Origin: an uncultured Phycisphaerales bacterium
GTDB taxonomy: Bacteria > Planctomycetota > Phycisphaerae > Tepidisphaerales > Tepidisphaeraceae
Direction of reading: 5' to 3'
DNA: 64,000 nt
NCBI GenBank assembly: GCA_963792535.1
Contig: CAWBWQ010000001.1
Coordinates: forward strand, 480,001 to 544,000
Positions within the stretch are counted from its first letter, which is position 1. The number at the start of each line of letters is the position of its first letter. The position numbers and the translations under genes were made by a program. Positions 28,014 through 39,191 of this stretch are shown here, piece after piece. Below the pieces are notes generated by a model. It searched no databases. It was not told where the DNA came from and worked only from the letters and a program-made list of their open reading frames with translations.

Positions 28014-29777
28014 TCACTTTGCGGGGACAGGATACATCTCGTCGCGCAGCGGGATCTGCACGAAGCGATTCGGATCCAGAGCGGCGTTGTTAAGGCTGTC
28101 GACCACGCCGGTGGCATAGTTTAAATCAGCGGTTCCAGTTGCGCCGGTTTGGGTATCATAGATCGTCCGTGTTCCCTTAATTGTTTCAATGAAATCCGCA
28201 GCGTTGCGCGACTTTTGCAGTTCGTCAGCCTTCCACTGGTCATTATGCCGCTGGTAGCCCGCGATTTGTTCCGCGTGCCGAGCCTGTCCGTCGGCAAATC
28301 GCTGCGCCTGGTCGTGCATGAACTGGTCATGGTTGCGTTGCAGTTGCGCTGCGTTCGCATCCGCCTGCTGGTTGAGCATCGCCATCTGCTGGTCGCGTTG
28401 TTCGCGCATCCGCTGCGATGCCATCTCCGCGTCCACATGTTCGCTTTTAATCATAGCCAGCATGAGTGGCTTGTCCTGTTCGAACGTCGTTCGCGGCGAT
28501 GTGAACCCGGTAAAGCAATACATCCAGGTTCCCTCGACGATCGGAGCCATTTGAATCGTGCCCAGGCCGCGCAATTCAAGGGTTCTCTCATTCAGAGTGC
28601 GTGTTCCGTCCCAGGAAATGATCGCCGCCTTTCCGTCCTTTAGGTCGCAGGGGGCATCCTCGTGAGAAATGATTTTGTCCAGGTGCCCGCTCGGGCCGCC
28701 GCGAGACTCGCTGATTTTACTGATCTGCGGTCCCAGATCCGTCATCGCCTGGACGGGATCAGTAAAGTCGGCCACCAGCATCGGTGCCCTGGCGGGCGGG
28801 TTTCCACCCATCTGTCGCATAATCGCTTCGTTGTGCTCGATCAATTTCATCAGCGGCGAATCGGGTGTCTGCACATTAAATATGTTTCCGATGGCAATCG
28901 TCTGATCGGCGGGCCCGGTGATAAAAACAGGACTAATCGCCGAAGGTGCCTCGCTTTTCCAGCCTGCGGCAAGCGTCAGCGTGCCAGTGCCGTCGGGAAA
29001 TTGATAGGTTCGCGCATCGGCACCCAGCAGATTCGGCGCATCCGTCGCCTGCGTGTCGGATTGCGCGGGTGAGGGAGGCGATGTCAGTTTATCCCAGTCT
29101 GCTTTGCCCGCATCCGCCCGGTCGAAAATGACCGCCACGGTTGCGCCGGCGGCAGTTAATTTGCAGGAGACGACGCCTTTTATCTTTTGATCCTTGAGCG
29201 TTGAACTGAAGGTAGCCCCACCAGAACTGTGGTCGCGCGCGTCCTCGTAGGCTTTGCCGATTTCAGGTCGAGATCCAAAGTAGCGCGCAAGGTCGGGGAA
29301 GGTTGCTTCGAGTGCTGCCTGCACCGATTTAACGTTCGCTTTCTGGGTAACAAGCGATTTGCCGAAATCGGTGGAGGCCTCAGTCGTGTAGCCCGCCAGC
29401 GGATCTTGCTTGCCTGAATCAACCAGGGGATTCGATGCTGCTCCAAGCGGGTTTTTTGCCACCGACAACCGCTTTAAGTTGTAGGTCGACCCTCCGGTGC
29501 TGAGCGTCAGCGTGTCGCCTGTAAGAATCGCAGTGAAAGGGAAAGTGTCCGCGCCGGTTGCGAATGTGCCTTCAAACCCGTGGTCAGTCACGTGCGCTGT
29601 GGCGGCAAAAGTCTGCCCGTTCAGCGTGAGCTTTCCTGGATAGACACCGCCCGAAGCATCACTGAATTCCGCTAATAATTTTCCGTCATCAAATTTGCCA
29701 GCGAGCTGCGCGTGGCCCGGCGTGGGACACGCGATCAACATCGCCAGAAAAATGACGCGGCGGATTAAATATTTCAT
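28014..29777 (-). CDS. Secreted hypothetical protein with Gln-rich C-terminal helix
   Basis: Signal peptide ending GHA-QL; long ORF; no recognised domain. Confidence 0.8.
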   Translation of the reverse strand: MKYLIRRVIFLAMLIACPTPGHAQLAGKFDDGKLLAEFSDASGGVYPGKLTLNGQTFAATAHVTDHGFEGTFATGADTFPFTAILTGDTLTLSTGGSTYNLKRLSVAKNPLGAASNPLVDSGKQDPLAGYTTEASTDFGKSLVTQKANVKSVQAALEATFPDLARYFGSRPEIGKAYEDARDHSSGGATFSSTLKDQKIKGVVSCKLTAAGATVAVIFDRADAGKADWDKLTSPPSPAQSDTQATDAPNLLGADARTYQFPDGTGTLTLAAGWKSEAPSAISPVFITGPADQTIAIGNIFNVQTPDSPLMKLIEHNEAIMRQMGGNPPARAPMLVADFTDPVQAMTDLGPQISKISESRGGPSGHLDKIISHEDAPCDLKDGKAAIISWDGTRTLNERTLELRGLGTIQMAPIVEGTWMYCFTGFTSPRTTFEQDKPLMLAMIKSEHVDAEMASQRMREQRDQQMAMLNQQADANAAQLQRNHDQFMHDQAQRFADGQARHAEQIAGYQRHNDQWKADELQKSRNAADFIETIKGTRTIYDTQTGATGTADLNYATGVVDSLNNAALDPNRFVQIPLRDEMYPVPAK

Positions 29778-30009
29778 AGCAGAATCCTGGGTAAGTACGC
29801 CCCGCATTGCAATCGTCACTGTTTTGCATGTCAAACAAATTCCTGGGAATCGAGACGGTGTCGTTCCGATAAAAGAGGCTCACACGATGATTGCCTGAAG
29901 GCCGTCGGCAGAACAAAAGGCGATTTCCGGACGATTGCCGTGTGACTCATTAATTGTTGGCTTGGATTCGACGATGAGATCTTCGCGGGGTCTTGCTCGC
30001 GCCATAGCC

Positions 30010-31752
30010 ATGATCTTTCAGCCTCAGACAGATTCGACCGAGCCGCTTTCGGAGACCCAACCGCGGGAACCGCGGCCACGCCGAGGCGGATTTGGTCTAC
30101 AAGGCCGATTGATGCTGGCATTTTTAGGGTTGATCTCCGCGGCCCTGGGCAGCAGTTGCTGGTTATTTGCGTCACAAAGTTACGAGCAGATGAGCGAAAT
30201 GATCGGGCAGCAGGCCCGTATGATGGCCTATACGCTTTCGCTTGCAGCCCAGCCGTCGATTGCGTCGAACAAACGAAAAGATCTGGACGAAATGGGCCGC
30301 GGGTTGCTCAATACCCGTAGCGTTCTGTTCGTTGCGTTTCTCGACGGAAAACAGCAACCCATTGCACTGGCTAATCGGTACGAAGATTTCAACTGGAGCA
30401 ACGTCAGCCCGCTGCATCCCGACACTGAATCACTTTACATGGTGCATCCGCGATCCTCTGCATCGTTCGGTGATTTTGTCGATGTTTACGCGCCGATCTA
30501 TGCCAAGCACAGCGTCAATGCCCCCGGCGCAAAGGAAGGAGATACCGACCCTGATGCAAAACCGATTGGTTTTGTCGTTGTGGGTATTTCGCTGGATAAA
30601 GAACAGGCCCAGCTTTACTGGGTTAACTGGCTGGTCGCCGGCATCGGCGTTGTCATGGTTCTTATCAGTCTTCCCGTGGCTTACCTCATTGTGTACGGCA
30701 TTTTCAAACCCATCCGTAAATTGGTCGAAGCAACACGCCGCGTGGGTGCCGGGCGATTAGATCACGAAGTGGAAATACATCGTGATGACCAGATCGGTGA
30801 GTTGGCGGACTCTTTCCAGGACATGATTTCCAGGATCCGCCAGCAGCGTGAAGCGCTGGCGACCACCAACAGCAAGCTTGCCGACGCCAACGAACAGCTC
30901 GGTGTATCCAATCAAAAACTTTCTGACGCCAACAGCGCCTTGGAAGAAAAGGTGCTTCAGCGTACCGCCCAACTCGAAACCGCAAATCGACGATTGACCA
31001 GTGAAATCGACGAGAAGGAAGATTTCCTTCGCGCGATCTCGCACGATCTCAATGCGCCGCTGCGGAACATCGCCGGCATGGCTGCCATGCTTCTTGTGAA
31101 GCACAGGGACAAGTTCAACGAAGACATCATCCACCGCCTGGAACGCATCCAGAAAAACGTGCAGGTGGAGACGGATCTTATTTCCGAGTTACTCGAACTC
31201 TCGCGCATTAAGACACGCCGCCAGACGATGGAAAAGGTCGACACCGAGTCGATCGTAAAAGACCTCGAAGGTGTTCTCGAAGAAGACCTGCGCAGCAAGC
31301 AGATCAGTGTGATTCTCGATTCACCGCTGCCGCATCTCACAGCCGAGCGGGCGAGAATTCGGCAGGTGTTTCAGAACCTGATCGATAACGCCATCAAGTA
31401 TATGGGCGAAGATCGCGCGGTCCGCGAAATTCACGTCGGCGCCATTCCGGGCGCGGACGAAACCCGGTTTTATGTGCGCGACACCGGTATCGGCATCGAG
31501 CCTGATGATGTCGACAAGGTGTTCCACATCTTCCGCCGCGGCCGCGGGGTGGCGGTTCAGAAAGTGCCTGGCAAAGGCGTTGGTTTATCCAGCGTCAAAA
31601 GCATTATCGAGATGTATAGCGGCTCAATCTGGGTTGAAAGCAAAATTGGAGAAGGCAGCACCTTCTTCTTCACGATCAACGGGAAATACGTGGGTGATTC
31701 ATCAAACACAGCTGTGGCGCTGGCAACACCACCGAAGGCCATGGCCGCTTAG
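30010..31752 (+). CDS. Membrane sensor histidine kinase (2 TM, HAMP, HisKA, HATPase)
   Basis: KPIRKL..DQIGELA HAMP; ISHDLNAPLRNI H-box; QVFQNLIDNAIKY, DTGIGI, GVGLS, GEGSTF. Confidence 0.95.
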   Translation: MIFQPQTDSTEPLSETQPREPRPRRGGFGLQGRLMLAFLGLISAALGSSCWLFASQSYEQMSEMIGQQARMMAYTLSLAAQPSIASNKRKDLDEMGRGLLNTRSVLFVAFLDGKQQPIALANRYEDFNWSNVSPLHPDTESLYMVHPRSSASFGDFVDVYAPIYAKHSVNAPGAKEGDTDPDAKPIGFVVVGISLDKEQAQLYWVNWLVAGIGVVMVLISLPVAYLIVYGIFKPIRKLVEATRRVGAGRLDHEVEIHRDDQIGELADSFQDMISRIRQQREALATTNSKLADANEQLGVSNQKLSDANSALEEKVLQRTAQLETANRRLTSEIDEKEDFLRAISHDLNAPLRNIAGMAAMLLVKHRDKFNEDIIHRLERIQKNVQVETDLISELLELSRIKTRRQTMEKVDTESIVKDLEGVLEEDLRSKQISVILDSPLPHLTAERARIRQVFQNLIDNAIKYMGEDRAVREIHVGAIPGADETRFYVRDTGIGIEPDDVDKVFHIFRRGRGVAVQKVPGKGVGLSSVKSIIEMYSGSIWVESKIGEGSTFFFTINGKYVGDSSNTAVALATPPKAMAA

Positions 31753-31782
31753 CGTGTTTGTTCAGAAAGCAGGGTTAGTTCA

Positions 31783-32286
31783 ATGATTGCAACACTGGGG
31801 AAAGATGTGGACAAGGGCCAGAATCTGCCCGAGGATCCGATCACGATTTTGCTGGTCGACGACGATCCGGATTGCAGGATGCTGGTCAAGGACGCCATAG
31901 CCGACAGCAAGGTCCGCAACAGCGTGTACGAAGTGGGCACCGCCGAGGAGGCTTTGAAATTCCTCAAGCGGGAATCGACCTACGCCAACGCGCCGCGCCC
32001 GGGCCTGATTTATCTCGACATTGAAATGCCGGGCATCAACGGCATCGAACTCCTGAAACAGATTAAAGCCGACCCTGAACTCCGCAACATTACGGTAGTG
32101 ATGATGACGGGAGTCAGCGATGAGGAACACCTTCGCAATGCCGCTGCCGCCGGCGCGAACAGCTATACGATAAAACCCGCGAACGCCGAACAGTTTTTAC
32201 GGACTGTGATCGACAGCGCGAACTATTGGCTGACCGTACATCAGTATCCGGAGCATCACCTGCCCCGCGAAGCCTGCAGGCGCTAA
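31783..32286 (+). CDS. Stand-alone response regulator receiver (Rcp1-like)
   Basis: ILLVDDD, LDIEMPG, VVMMT, GANSYTIKP, YWL. Confidence 0.93.
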   Translation: MIATLGKDVDKGQNLPEDPITILLVDDDPDCRMLVKDAIADSKVRNSVYEVGTAEEALKFLKRESTYANAPRPGLIYLDIEMPGINGIELLKQIKADPELRNITVVMMTGVSDEEHLRNAAAAGANSYTIKPANAEQFLRTVIDSANYWLTVHQYPEHHLPREACRR

Positions 32287-32398
32287 CCGTCGCCGAAGGT
32301 TTCCGTTTGGCGATGCTGTGGATCGTATTGTACATGATCACAAGACCGTGAAAGTTCCGGGATTGTCGCTTGGAAAAGTGCGAGAAAGTGGGCCTGTT

Positions 32399-33405
32399 GT
32401 GGAACAACTGAAACTGCTGATCGTCGAGGACGACGCTGACCAGCGCGATTTGATTCGCGAGACTTTAGAAGACCATTTTGGCAAGGGAACCGTTGTTGCA
32501 GTTGAAAGTCGCTCGGCGGCCAGGCGCAGGATCCCAACGCCTTCAGCCTGATTCTGACCGATTACAATCTTTCCGACGGCTGCGGCATGGACCTGCTTGA
32601 TGATATCCGCCAGAAGTCAAACACCCCGGTCATCATGGTCACCGGTGAAAATGTCGGTCAGATCGCCGTCGAGGCCATTCGTCGCGGAGCGACCGATTAT
32701 GTCGTTAAGCTCGGCGATTATCTGTTCACCATTCCCCTCGTAGTGGAAAAAAATCTGACGATGGCCAAGGTAAAAACAGAGAATGAATTGCTGCGCCTGC
32801 AGGTTGAAAAAGCCATGATCGAACTGCAGTTTAAGAACGGTCAATTGCAGGAATCACTGCAGCGTATGGAGCAGATGGCCTCTACCGATCCCTTAACCGG
32901 CCTGTATAACCGGCGACATTTTAATCGCGTGCTGGATCAACTATTCAGCGAAGCCCAGCGTTTTGACAGTGATCTGGCGTGCGTCATGATCGACCTGGAC
33001 GGATACAAGCAGTTGAACGATGCTCACGGTCACCAACTGGGCGATCAACTGCTGGTCGCGGCGGGCAAGGTCATAACCTCCAACCTGCGGCGCATGGACG
33101 TGGCGGCACGCTACGGCGGAGATGAATTCATTCTGCTGCTGCCCAAAGCGCAAACGGCCGAAGCCGCGGGTGTGGTGCAGCGCATTCGCGAAGAATATTT
33201 CGCCGCCAGCGCAGCAATCCTCAACTCCCCGTCGGGCGTGAAGATGTCAGTTGGAATTGGATCGATCCGTGAAAGTGGCTGCGTCAGTTCCGACCAATTG
33301 ATCGCCGCTGCCGACAAAGCGCTCTATCAGGCCAAGGGTGCTGGCCGGGACCGAATAGCGATCGCAGAAGCTCGCAAGCAGATTTCGCCAAACGCCGCGG
33401 CATGA
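32399..33405 (+). CDS. REC-GGDEF diguanylate cyclase, apparent frameshift at about 32525; start uncertain (32318-32399)
   Basis: LLIVEDD..LTDYNL..GATDYVVK receiver; TDPLTGLYNRR, DLDGYKQLND, RRMD I-site, RYGGDEF. Confidence 0.93.
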
Positions 33406-33464
33406 TCAGGAGTGACAACAACACCATCGTTCCCTGAGTCCGCGCCAGGACGAGGGGAAGCCGT

Positions 33465-33649
33465 TTAACGGTCCGACTGTTTTTGGTTTCCGCGCAGCCC
33501 GCGCACGATCAACATCATCACAACGAAAAATAAGAATCCAAGGCCGGGCAGCAGCAAAAACAAAACGGAAAGAATCACCATGCGTGGATTGTAGGTCTCG
33601 TCCAGCGCTCGGTCTCCACACCGTTGCCGGGGGTCGGTCTGGCTGGCAT
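33465..33649 (-). CDS. Putative small single-TM protein (about 61 aa after repairing a 1-nt loss at about 33607; 38 aa from ATG 33581)
   Basis: MVILSVLFLLLPGLGFLFFVVMMLIVRGLRGNQKQSDR* fills an otherwise empty intergenic gap. Confidence 0.45.
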
Positions 33650-33686
33650 ACTCTTTTGCGATCGTTCTGATTCAAGGGAGCCTGCC

Positions 33687-35850
33687 ATGCAGATGCGAAT
33701 ACCGTTTACCGATGCGCCGGGTCGATGTTTATTTGTTTTATTTGCCTTGGTCATGGCGGCGGAGTGCCGGGCCGGGTATCCGCTGGCTGACAAGGTTCCG
33801 GGCGATGCGGTTCTGTATATCGGATGGGCCGGTGCTGGTTCCCAGAGCGCTGCTTATGCAGCTTCAGACATGAGCGCGTTTGTCAGTCATTCGAACCTGC
33901 CCGCGCTTGCGCAGCAGTACCTGCCACAGGTCTGGGAGAGGCTCGCCGGTGGGCCAATCGACAATAAAGACATTGTCCATTTGCAGAAAATATTTCCAAA
34001 ACTCTGGCAGTATCCGACAGCGATATATGTCGCTCATCTCTCTATCAAATCCAACGGCGAGCCCGATGGCGATGACGGCCTGATCTGTGATGCCGGGGAC
34101 GATGCCGATCAGTTGGCTGCGGATCTGTTGAACGTGTTGAAGGGCATTCGCGGAGTTAAAGGTGAGTCGGCAGGATTCCCTGGTCCTGGTCGAAGCGATT
34201 AATTCGCAGGCAGCGATCGTGGGTCCACAACTCGCCGACGCACCGGATTTTGTTGCGAACATGACGCCTCTACAGGCGTCGCCGGCAATTGCCGTCTATG
34301 TTGATGCAAAGGTAATTCTGGATCGAGTGAATCAAATTGCCGACCGTATTAAAAAGGCTGGCGCACAGTGGCCGAAGGTTCGTGATGCGCTGGGTATTTC
34401 GGACCTGAAGACCTTTACAATGACAGCCGGGTTTGATGGGCAGCGTTGGGCAACGGCAAGCCTGCTGAAAGCGCCAGGTCCGCGTAAAGGTTTGCTGGCG
34501 GTCATGGAGCCCAAAGCGCTCGATCCAGCGTTCCTCGCGAGAATACCCGCGACGGCGGATTCAGTATGCGTGCATAACTTTGATGCTGCCCTGTTCTTCG
34601 ACACGATTGCCGCCGTCATGTCGTTCGATCCTCAGTCGGACAAAATATTTCATCAGGCGACAGGGCTTGCATCCATCGCCTTAGGGCGAAACTTGCGACG
34701 GCAAATTCTCGCGCCGTTAGGGTCGCAATGGGTGACTTATACCAGTCGCGATTCGCACGGGTTGGTGGTGATGAATCATCCTAATGATGCCGACGGCGCA
34801 TCGGATTCACTCGTCAGCGCTGCCTTTGGAATCATCAACCTGGCCAACTCGCAGTTGTCAGGCCCCGATCGATCATCTGTGGTGGATATCGATCAAAAAA
34901 CAGTGCGCGGCGTAGACATCACCAGCGCGGTGACCAAGGTCGCAGCGCCCACGTTTGCGGTAAAAAATAAAGTGCTATACGTGGGACTGTCACCGGATGC
35001 CGTCGTAGCAGCCGCAAATATCCCCGACGTTTCAGCCGGCAGGGATATTCTTCATAGCGATGTTTTCAAGTCGGCGATGAACGGGCTCGCGCCGGGTGAC
35101 GGCGGATCTTTTTTCTACTCGGATGTCTCCAGCACGGCAGCAGATGCTTACGAAAAGTTTCCCGAAGAACAGAAGCAGTTGCAAAAGACATTGAAACAAT
35201 TTGACATCGATTTGCCCGCAATTGAGTTCCCGTCGCTTGGCGAGATAAAGCCGCATCTATCACCCATCGTGTCTGTAACCTGGGCCGACGCCGAAGGGAT
35301 CCATTCGCGGTCTGTTACTCCATTTCCAGGATGCGCGCTGCTGATGGGTGATTCGCAGGAAATGCTTGCGGCCACTACGACCGCTTCAGCAATCGGCTCT
35401 ATTGCCAGGCCGGCAATCATGGCTGAGCGAGAGCGGGTGCGCCGCACGCAGTGCGCTTCGAACGAACGCCAATTAGGCGTGGCGATGATGCTTTATAGCA
35501 AAGACAATCACGACCAACTCCCGCCCGATCTGGGTACACTGATAACCAGCCAGGATCTCTCAGCAACCCTGGTGCTCTGCCCCTCTGCTTTGACGAAACT
35601 GCCCCCGAACTTTGACGCGATGCTCAAGGCGGATAAAGCCAATTGGATTAATGACAATTCAGACTATGTCTACATTGGAAAAGGGCTGAATCTGTCGGAT
35701 GCGACAGCGTCCCGCCAACTGATTATGTTTGAAAAAGATGCGGCGCACGGCGGCAGCGGGATGAATCTTTTATTCAGTGATGGCAGCACTGAATTTCGAT
35801 CCGCCGCCGACGCGAAGAAAATTATTCAGGATCAGCGGGGAGGTATGTAG
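33687..35850 (+). CDS. Exported protein with large N-terminal domain and C-terminal DUF1559/H-X9-DG-like domain; apparent frameshift at about 34143
   Basis: Signal peptide then PLADKVPGDAVLYIGWAG; C-term ERERVRRTQCASNERQLGVAMMLY..HGGSGMNLLFSDG. Confidence 0.75.
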
Positions 35851-35865
35851 AAGCGGGAAAAGCAT

Positions 35866-36796
35866 TCATCCAGCGCGATTTGCTAGATCCGCCTTCATAT
35901 CTAATGTCGCTTGCAGCACAGCTTGAGACCAGTCGTTCATACCGGAATATTTGGCATCGCGATGCGCATACAGAATGCTTCTGCTGGCGGAGACAATCGC
36001 GCCTTGACCGTTGACAAAAGCAGCCCGGGTCATTTCTCCGGTGGCCCCTTGCGTACCGTAACCGGGGAGTAAGAAGATCGATTTCGGCAGGCGTTTTCGA
36101 AGGCTTTGCATCATATGCGTCTGAGTGGCGCCGACCACCGCGCCGAGATTGCTGAAACCATGGGATCCAATTAGCGACGGGTCCTCCGCAACAGGGGCAA
36201 GTTTATCGGCAACCAGTTCCGACCAGGTGCGACCGTCGATGAGTTTAACATCTTGAAAATCAGCCGAGCCGGGATTGCTCGTCCGCACCAGCACAAACAG
36301 CCCTTTGCCTTCATCGTCGCGCCACTTTCACAAACGGCTCAATTGCATCGAGCCCCAGCATGGGATTGATCGTTATCGCGTCGGGCATGACCATCTCAGT
36401 ATCGGGAAAAGGAGCATCCGCGAGATGGGCGGCGGCGTACGCGGTGCTTGTGGAACCGATGTCGCCACGCTTCACATCACCAATGACCAGCAGGCCCAGG
36501 TCCTTGGCTTCCTGGACCAGGCTGTAATACATCTCCACGCCTTCCCAGAGATATTTTTCAAAATACGCCGACTGGAATTTTACAACCGGAACGTGCGGCG
36601 CGACTGTCTTCAAAAGGGTGGTTGTAAAGGCAAAGATCGCATCAATAGCCGCTTCGGCGTCGTTGGAGTCGCGCTCGATAACCGGCCCGGCGACAGCGGC
36701 CGGCAACTGCTCGTAGATCGGGTCGATACCCACGCAGATCGGTGAGCCTTTTTCCTCGATGGCAGTCATCAGTCGATCGACAAATAGTTCCGACAT
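35866..36796 (-). CDS. pyrF: Orotidine-5'-phosphate decarboxylase (type 2), apparent frameshift at about 36318
   Basis: CVGIDP, KFQSAYFE, DVKRGDIGST, LVRTSNPGS, GAVVGAT, LLPGYGTQG, SASRSILYA. Confidence 0.95.
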
Positions 36797-36885
36797 GTCA
36801 CGGAATATAGTGGCGGACACGGCACTTACCAGCGCTGCAGTATTGAGACCTCTCTTTACAACGGGCAACCAAAAACCGACAACAG

Positions 36886-37527
36886 ATGACACCTATGTAC
36901 GATCGCACAACGAGCATCGAAACTTTCTTATCCGCCACCTCGATCAAGCAGCCCACGCCCGGTGGAGGAAGCGTGGCGGCGCTGGCCGGGGCCCTGGCGT
37001 CGGCGATGGGGGAGATGGTCATCAGCTACAGCATCGGTAAAAAAGATTTGTTGCCGTTTGATAACGAACTGAAACTCGCAGCACATGAACTACAGCAGGC
37101 GCGTGAAGTGCTGCTTCGATTAATGGTGGAAGATCAGGAGGCATACACCGAAATGAAAGCGGTGAGCAAACTGCCCACGGATTCATCGGAACGGATCGAG
37201 CGGCTGCCGCTCGTGGTGCTCGCGTGCATCCGGTGTCCCCAGGCAGTGGGGGCAACGGCATTGGCTGTCTTGAATCTCTGCGATCAGATTGTGGAGATCG
37301 TGAATCCCTGGTTGCTCTCAGACCTTGCAGTTTGTGCGGATTTAGCGATGGCCACAGCCCGCGCGGCCACGTACAACGTTCGGGTCAACCTGGGCAGCGT
37401 GGAAAATCCCGCGCTGCGTGAAACGCTTCAGGCGGAGACGGATCTCATGCTGTCGCATGCGAAGGTGGTGATTCAGCATGTGGGGCCGCTGATCTGGTCG
37501 AGATACGAAGAAGCGAATCGTAAGTAA
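36886..37527 (+). CDS. Cyclodeaminase/cyclohydrolase (FTCD_C) family protein
   Basis: PTPGGGSVAALAGALA, DQEAY, NPWLLSDLAV, YNVRVNL. Confidence 0.92.
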   Translation: MTPMYDRTTSIETFLSATSIKQPTPGGGSVAALAGALASAMGEMVISYSIGKKDLLPFDNELKLAAHELQQAREVLLRLMVEDQEAYTEMKAVSKLPTDSSERIERLPLVVLACIRCPQAVGATALAVLNLCDQIVEIVNPWLLSDLAVCADLAMATARAATYNVRVNLGSVENPALRETLQAETDLMLSHAKVVIQHVGPLIWSRYEEANRK

Positions 37528-37733
37528 TGGACATTTCAGAACCGAGCAATCCCCAACCGAGCAAGCCACGACCGTATTTGCGTGTGCAATTCGCCTGCTG
37601 CAACGTCTATCAGCGCATCTACCGAGCAGCGGATGAAAAATCGTATCAGGGCCGGTGTCCTCGGTGCGGAAAACCCGTCAAGTTTCTAGTCGGAACGGGT
37701 GGAACAGATTCCCGGGATTTCATCGTGTACTGA
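37527..37733 (+). CDS. Small putative zinc-binding hypothetical protein
   Basis: FACCNVYQRIY..YQGRCPRCGKPV; 1-nt overlap (TAATG) with the upstream gene. Confidence 0.8.
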   Translation: MDISEPSNPQPSKPRPYLRVQFACCNVYQRIYRAADEKSYQGRCPRCGKPVKFLVGTGGTDSRDFIVY

Positions 37734-37765
37734 ATGGATCCAGCGGATCAAAAACTGGTTGATGA

Positions 37766-39068
37766 ATGACAGCACTCGGCTTTGATTTCGGGTCTTCAAG
37801 CGTCAAGGCCGCATTGCTTGGTTCAAGCGGAGTGGTCGGGAAGATCGTACACGGCCGCTATAGAACCCATTTTGATGGCATTCGCGCCGAGATAAATCCG
37901 AATTCGATTTTTTTGGCGTTACGCGATGCCATCGACCAGTTGGGACCGCGGGCGAAGAAGGTGAGCCATATTGCACTCGACGCGATGGGGCCGTCATGGG
38001 TTGCGATGGACAAAAAAGGGCGCGCGCTCACGCCGATCATTACGCATCAGGATCGGCGCAGCGTTGAAATCGCCAGCGACATCGAGAAACGTATTGGGAA
38101 GGCCCGGCATCTTAAGCTGGCTGGCAATCGACCGTTTCCCGGCGGAATCAGCTCCACCACCTGGGGGTGGTTCGCCAGGCATGAACCGTCGCTGCTGCGC
38201 AAGGCCGATCTCGTGGGGCATCTCACGACATTTCTTCATCGCACGCTCACCGGAGCGCGCGTGACGGATCCATCCAACGCTTCTTTCATGGGCGTCTATT
38301 CCACGCTGACGTTGAAAGGTTGGAATGAAGAATTATGCGATGCGATCAGCGCCGACCGGCGACTTCTGCCCGAGATTTTGGATGGAAACCAGATCGCTGG
38401 AACGGTAAGCGTTGCTGCTGCCCGACGGTTTGGTTTGACACAGGGGACACCTGTACTGACAGGAATACTTGACACCAGCAGCGCGCTTTTATTGCGGGGC
38501 ACGCGGGCGGGACAGATGTTAAATGTCTGCGGGTCTACTGATGTGTTGGCGCTATGTACCGAACATCCCAGGCCAAACGATAAGCTTTTGACTCGCGCGG
38601 TGGGAATTGGTCGGGCCTGGATGCAGGTGAGCACCATCGCGGCGGCGGGGTCGGCATCGCATGGGCAAATCGGGAATTGTTTGCTGATTTATCGCAGGAT
38701 CGATTTTACGCACTCGTGCGCAACTCGCGAAGAAACCGCTGAAATCATCGGTACGATTTGAGCCGTATCTCGCTGGCGATCGGACGTCGCTGGATCAGAA
38801 AACGGCGGCGTTTTCCGAGCTGACACTGGCAACGACGCGAGACGAAATGCTCAGCGCGGTGGTAGAGGCGATGGCCGTTTCCAGCGCGGCCCGCTTGCCG
38901 CTGCTACGGGCGACGGGGACACGCATTCATTCTGACGTGCTTGTAAGCGGCGGACTTACCGGAACTTTGTCAGATGTGCTTCATCGCGATTGGAAAGGAC
39001 ACTGGACGTTCAGCACCGTGAATGAGGCAACCTTAAAGGGATTGTCGCGAATCGAGCCGATAGATTAA
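37766..39068 (+). CDS. FGGY family carbohydrate kinase (xylulokinase-like), apparent frameshifts at about 38654 and 38719
   Basis: LGFDFGSSSVKA, IITHQDRRS, TDPSNAS, CGST, FEPYLAGDRT, VSGG, EATLKG. Confidence 0.88.
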
Positions 39069-39191
39069 CCCTGCCCGTTTTAACGCAAGTTGAACTGCCG
39101 AAAAAGACCGCGGCGACGTGAAGCCTCTGAGGCTACGGTCTTTTATTGCTATACAATTTGCTCTATAAACGCATCACAGGAGCAAACGAAT

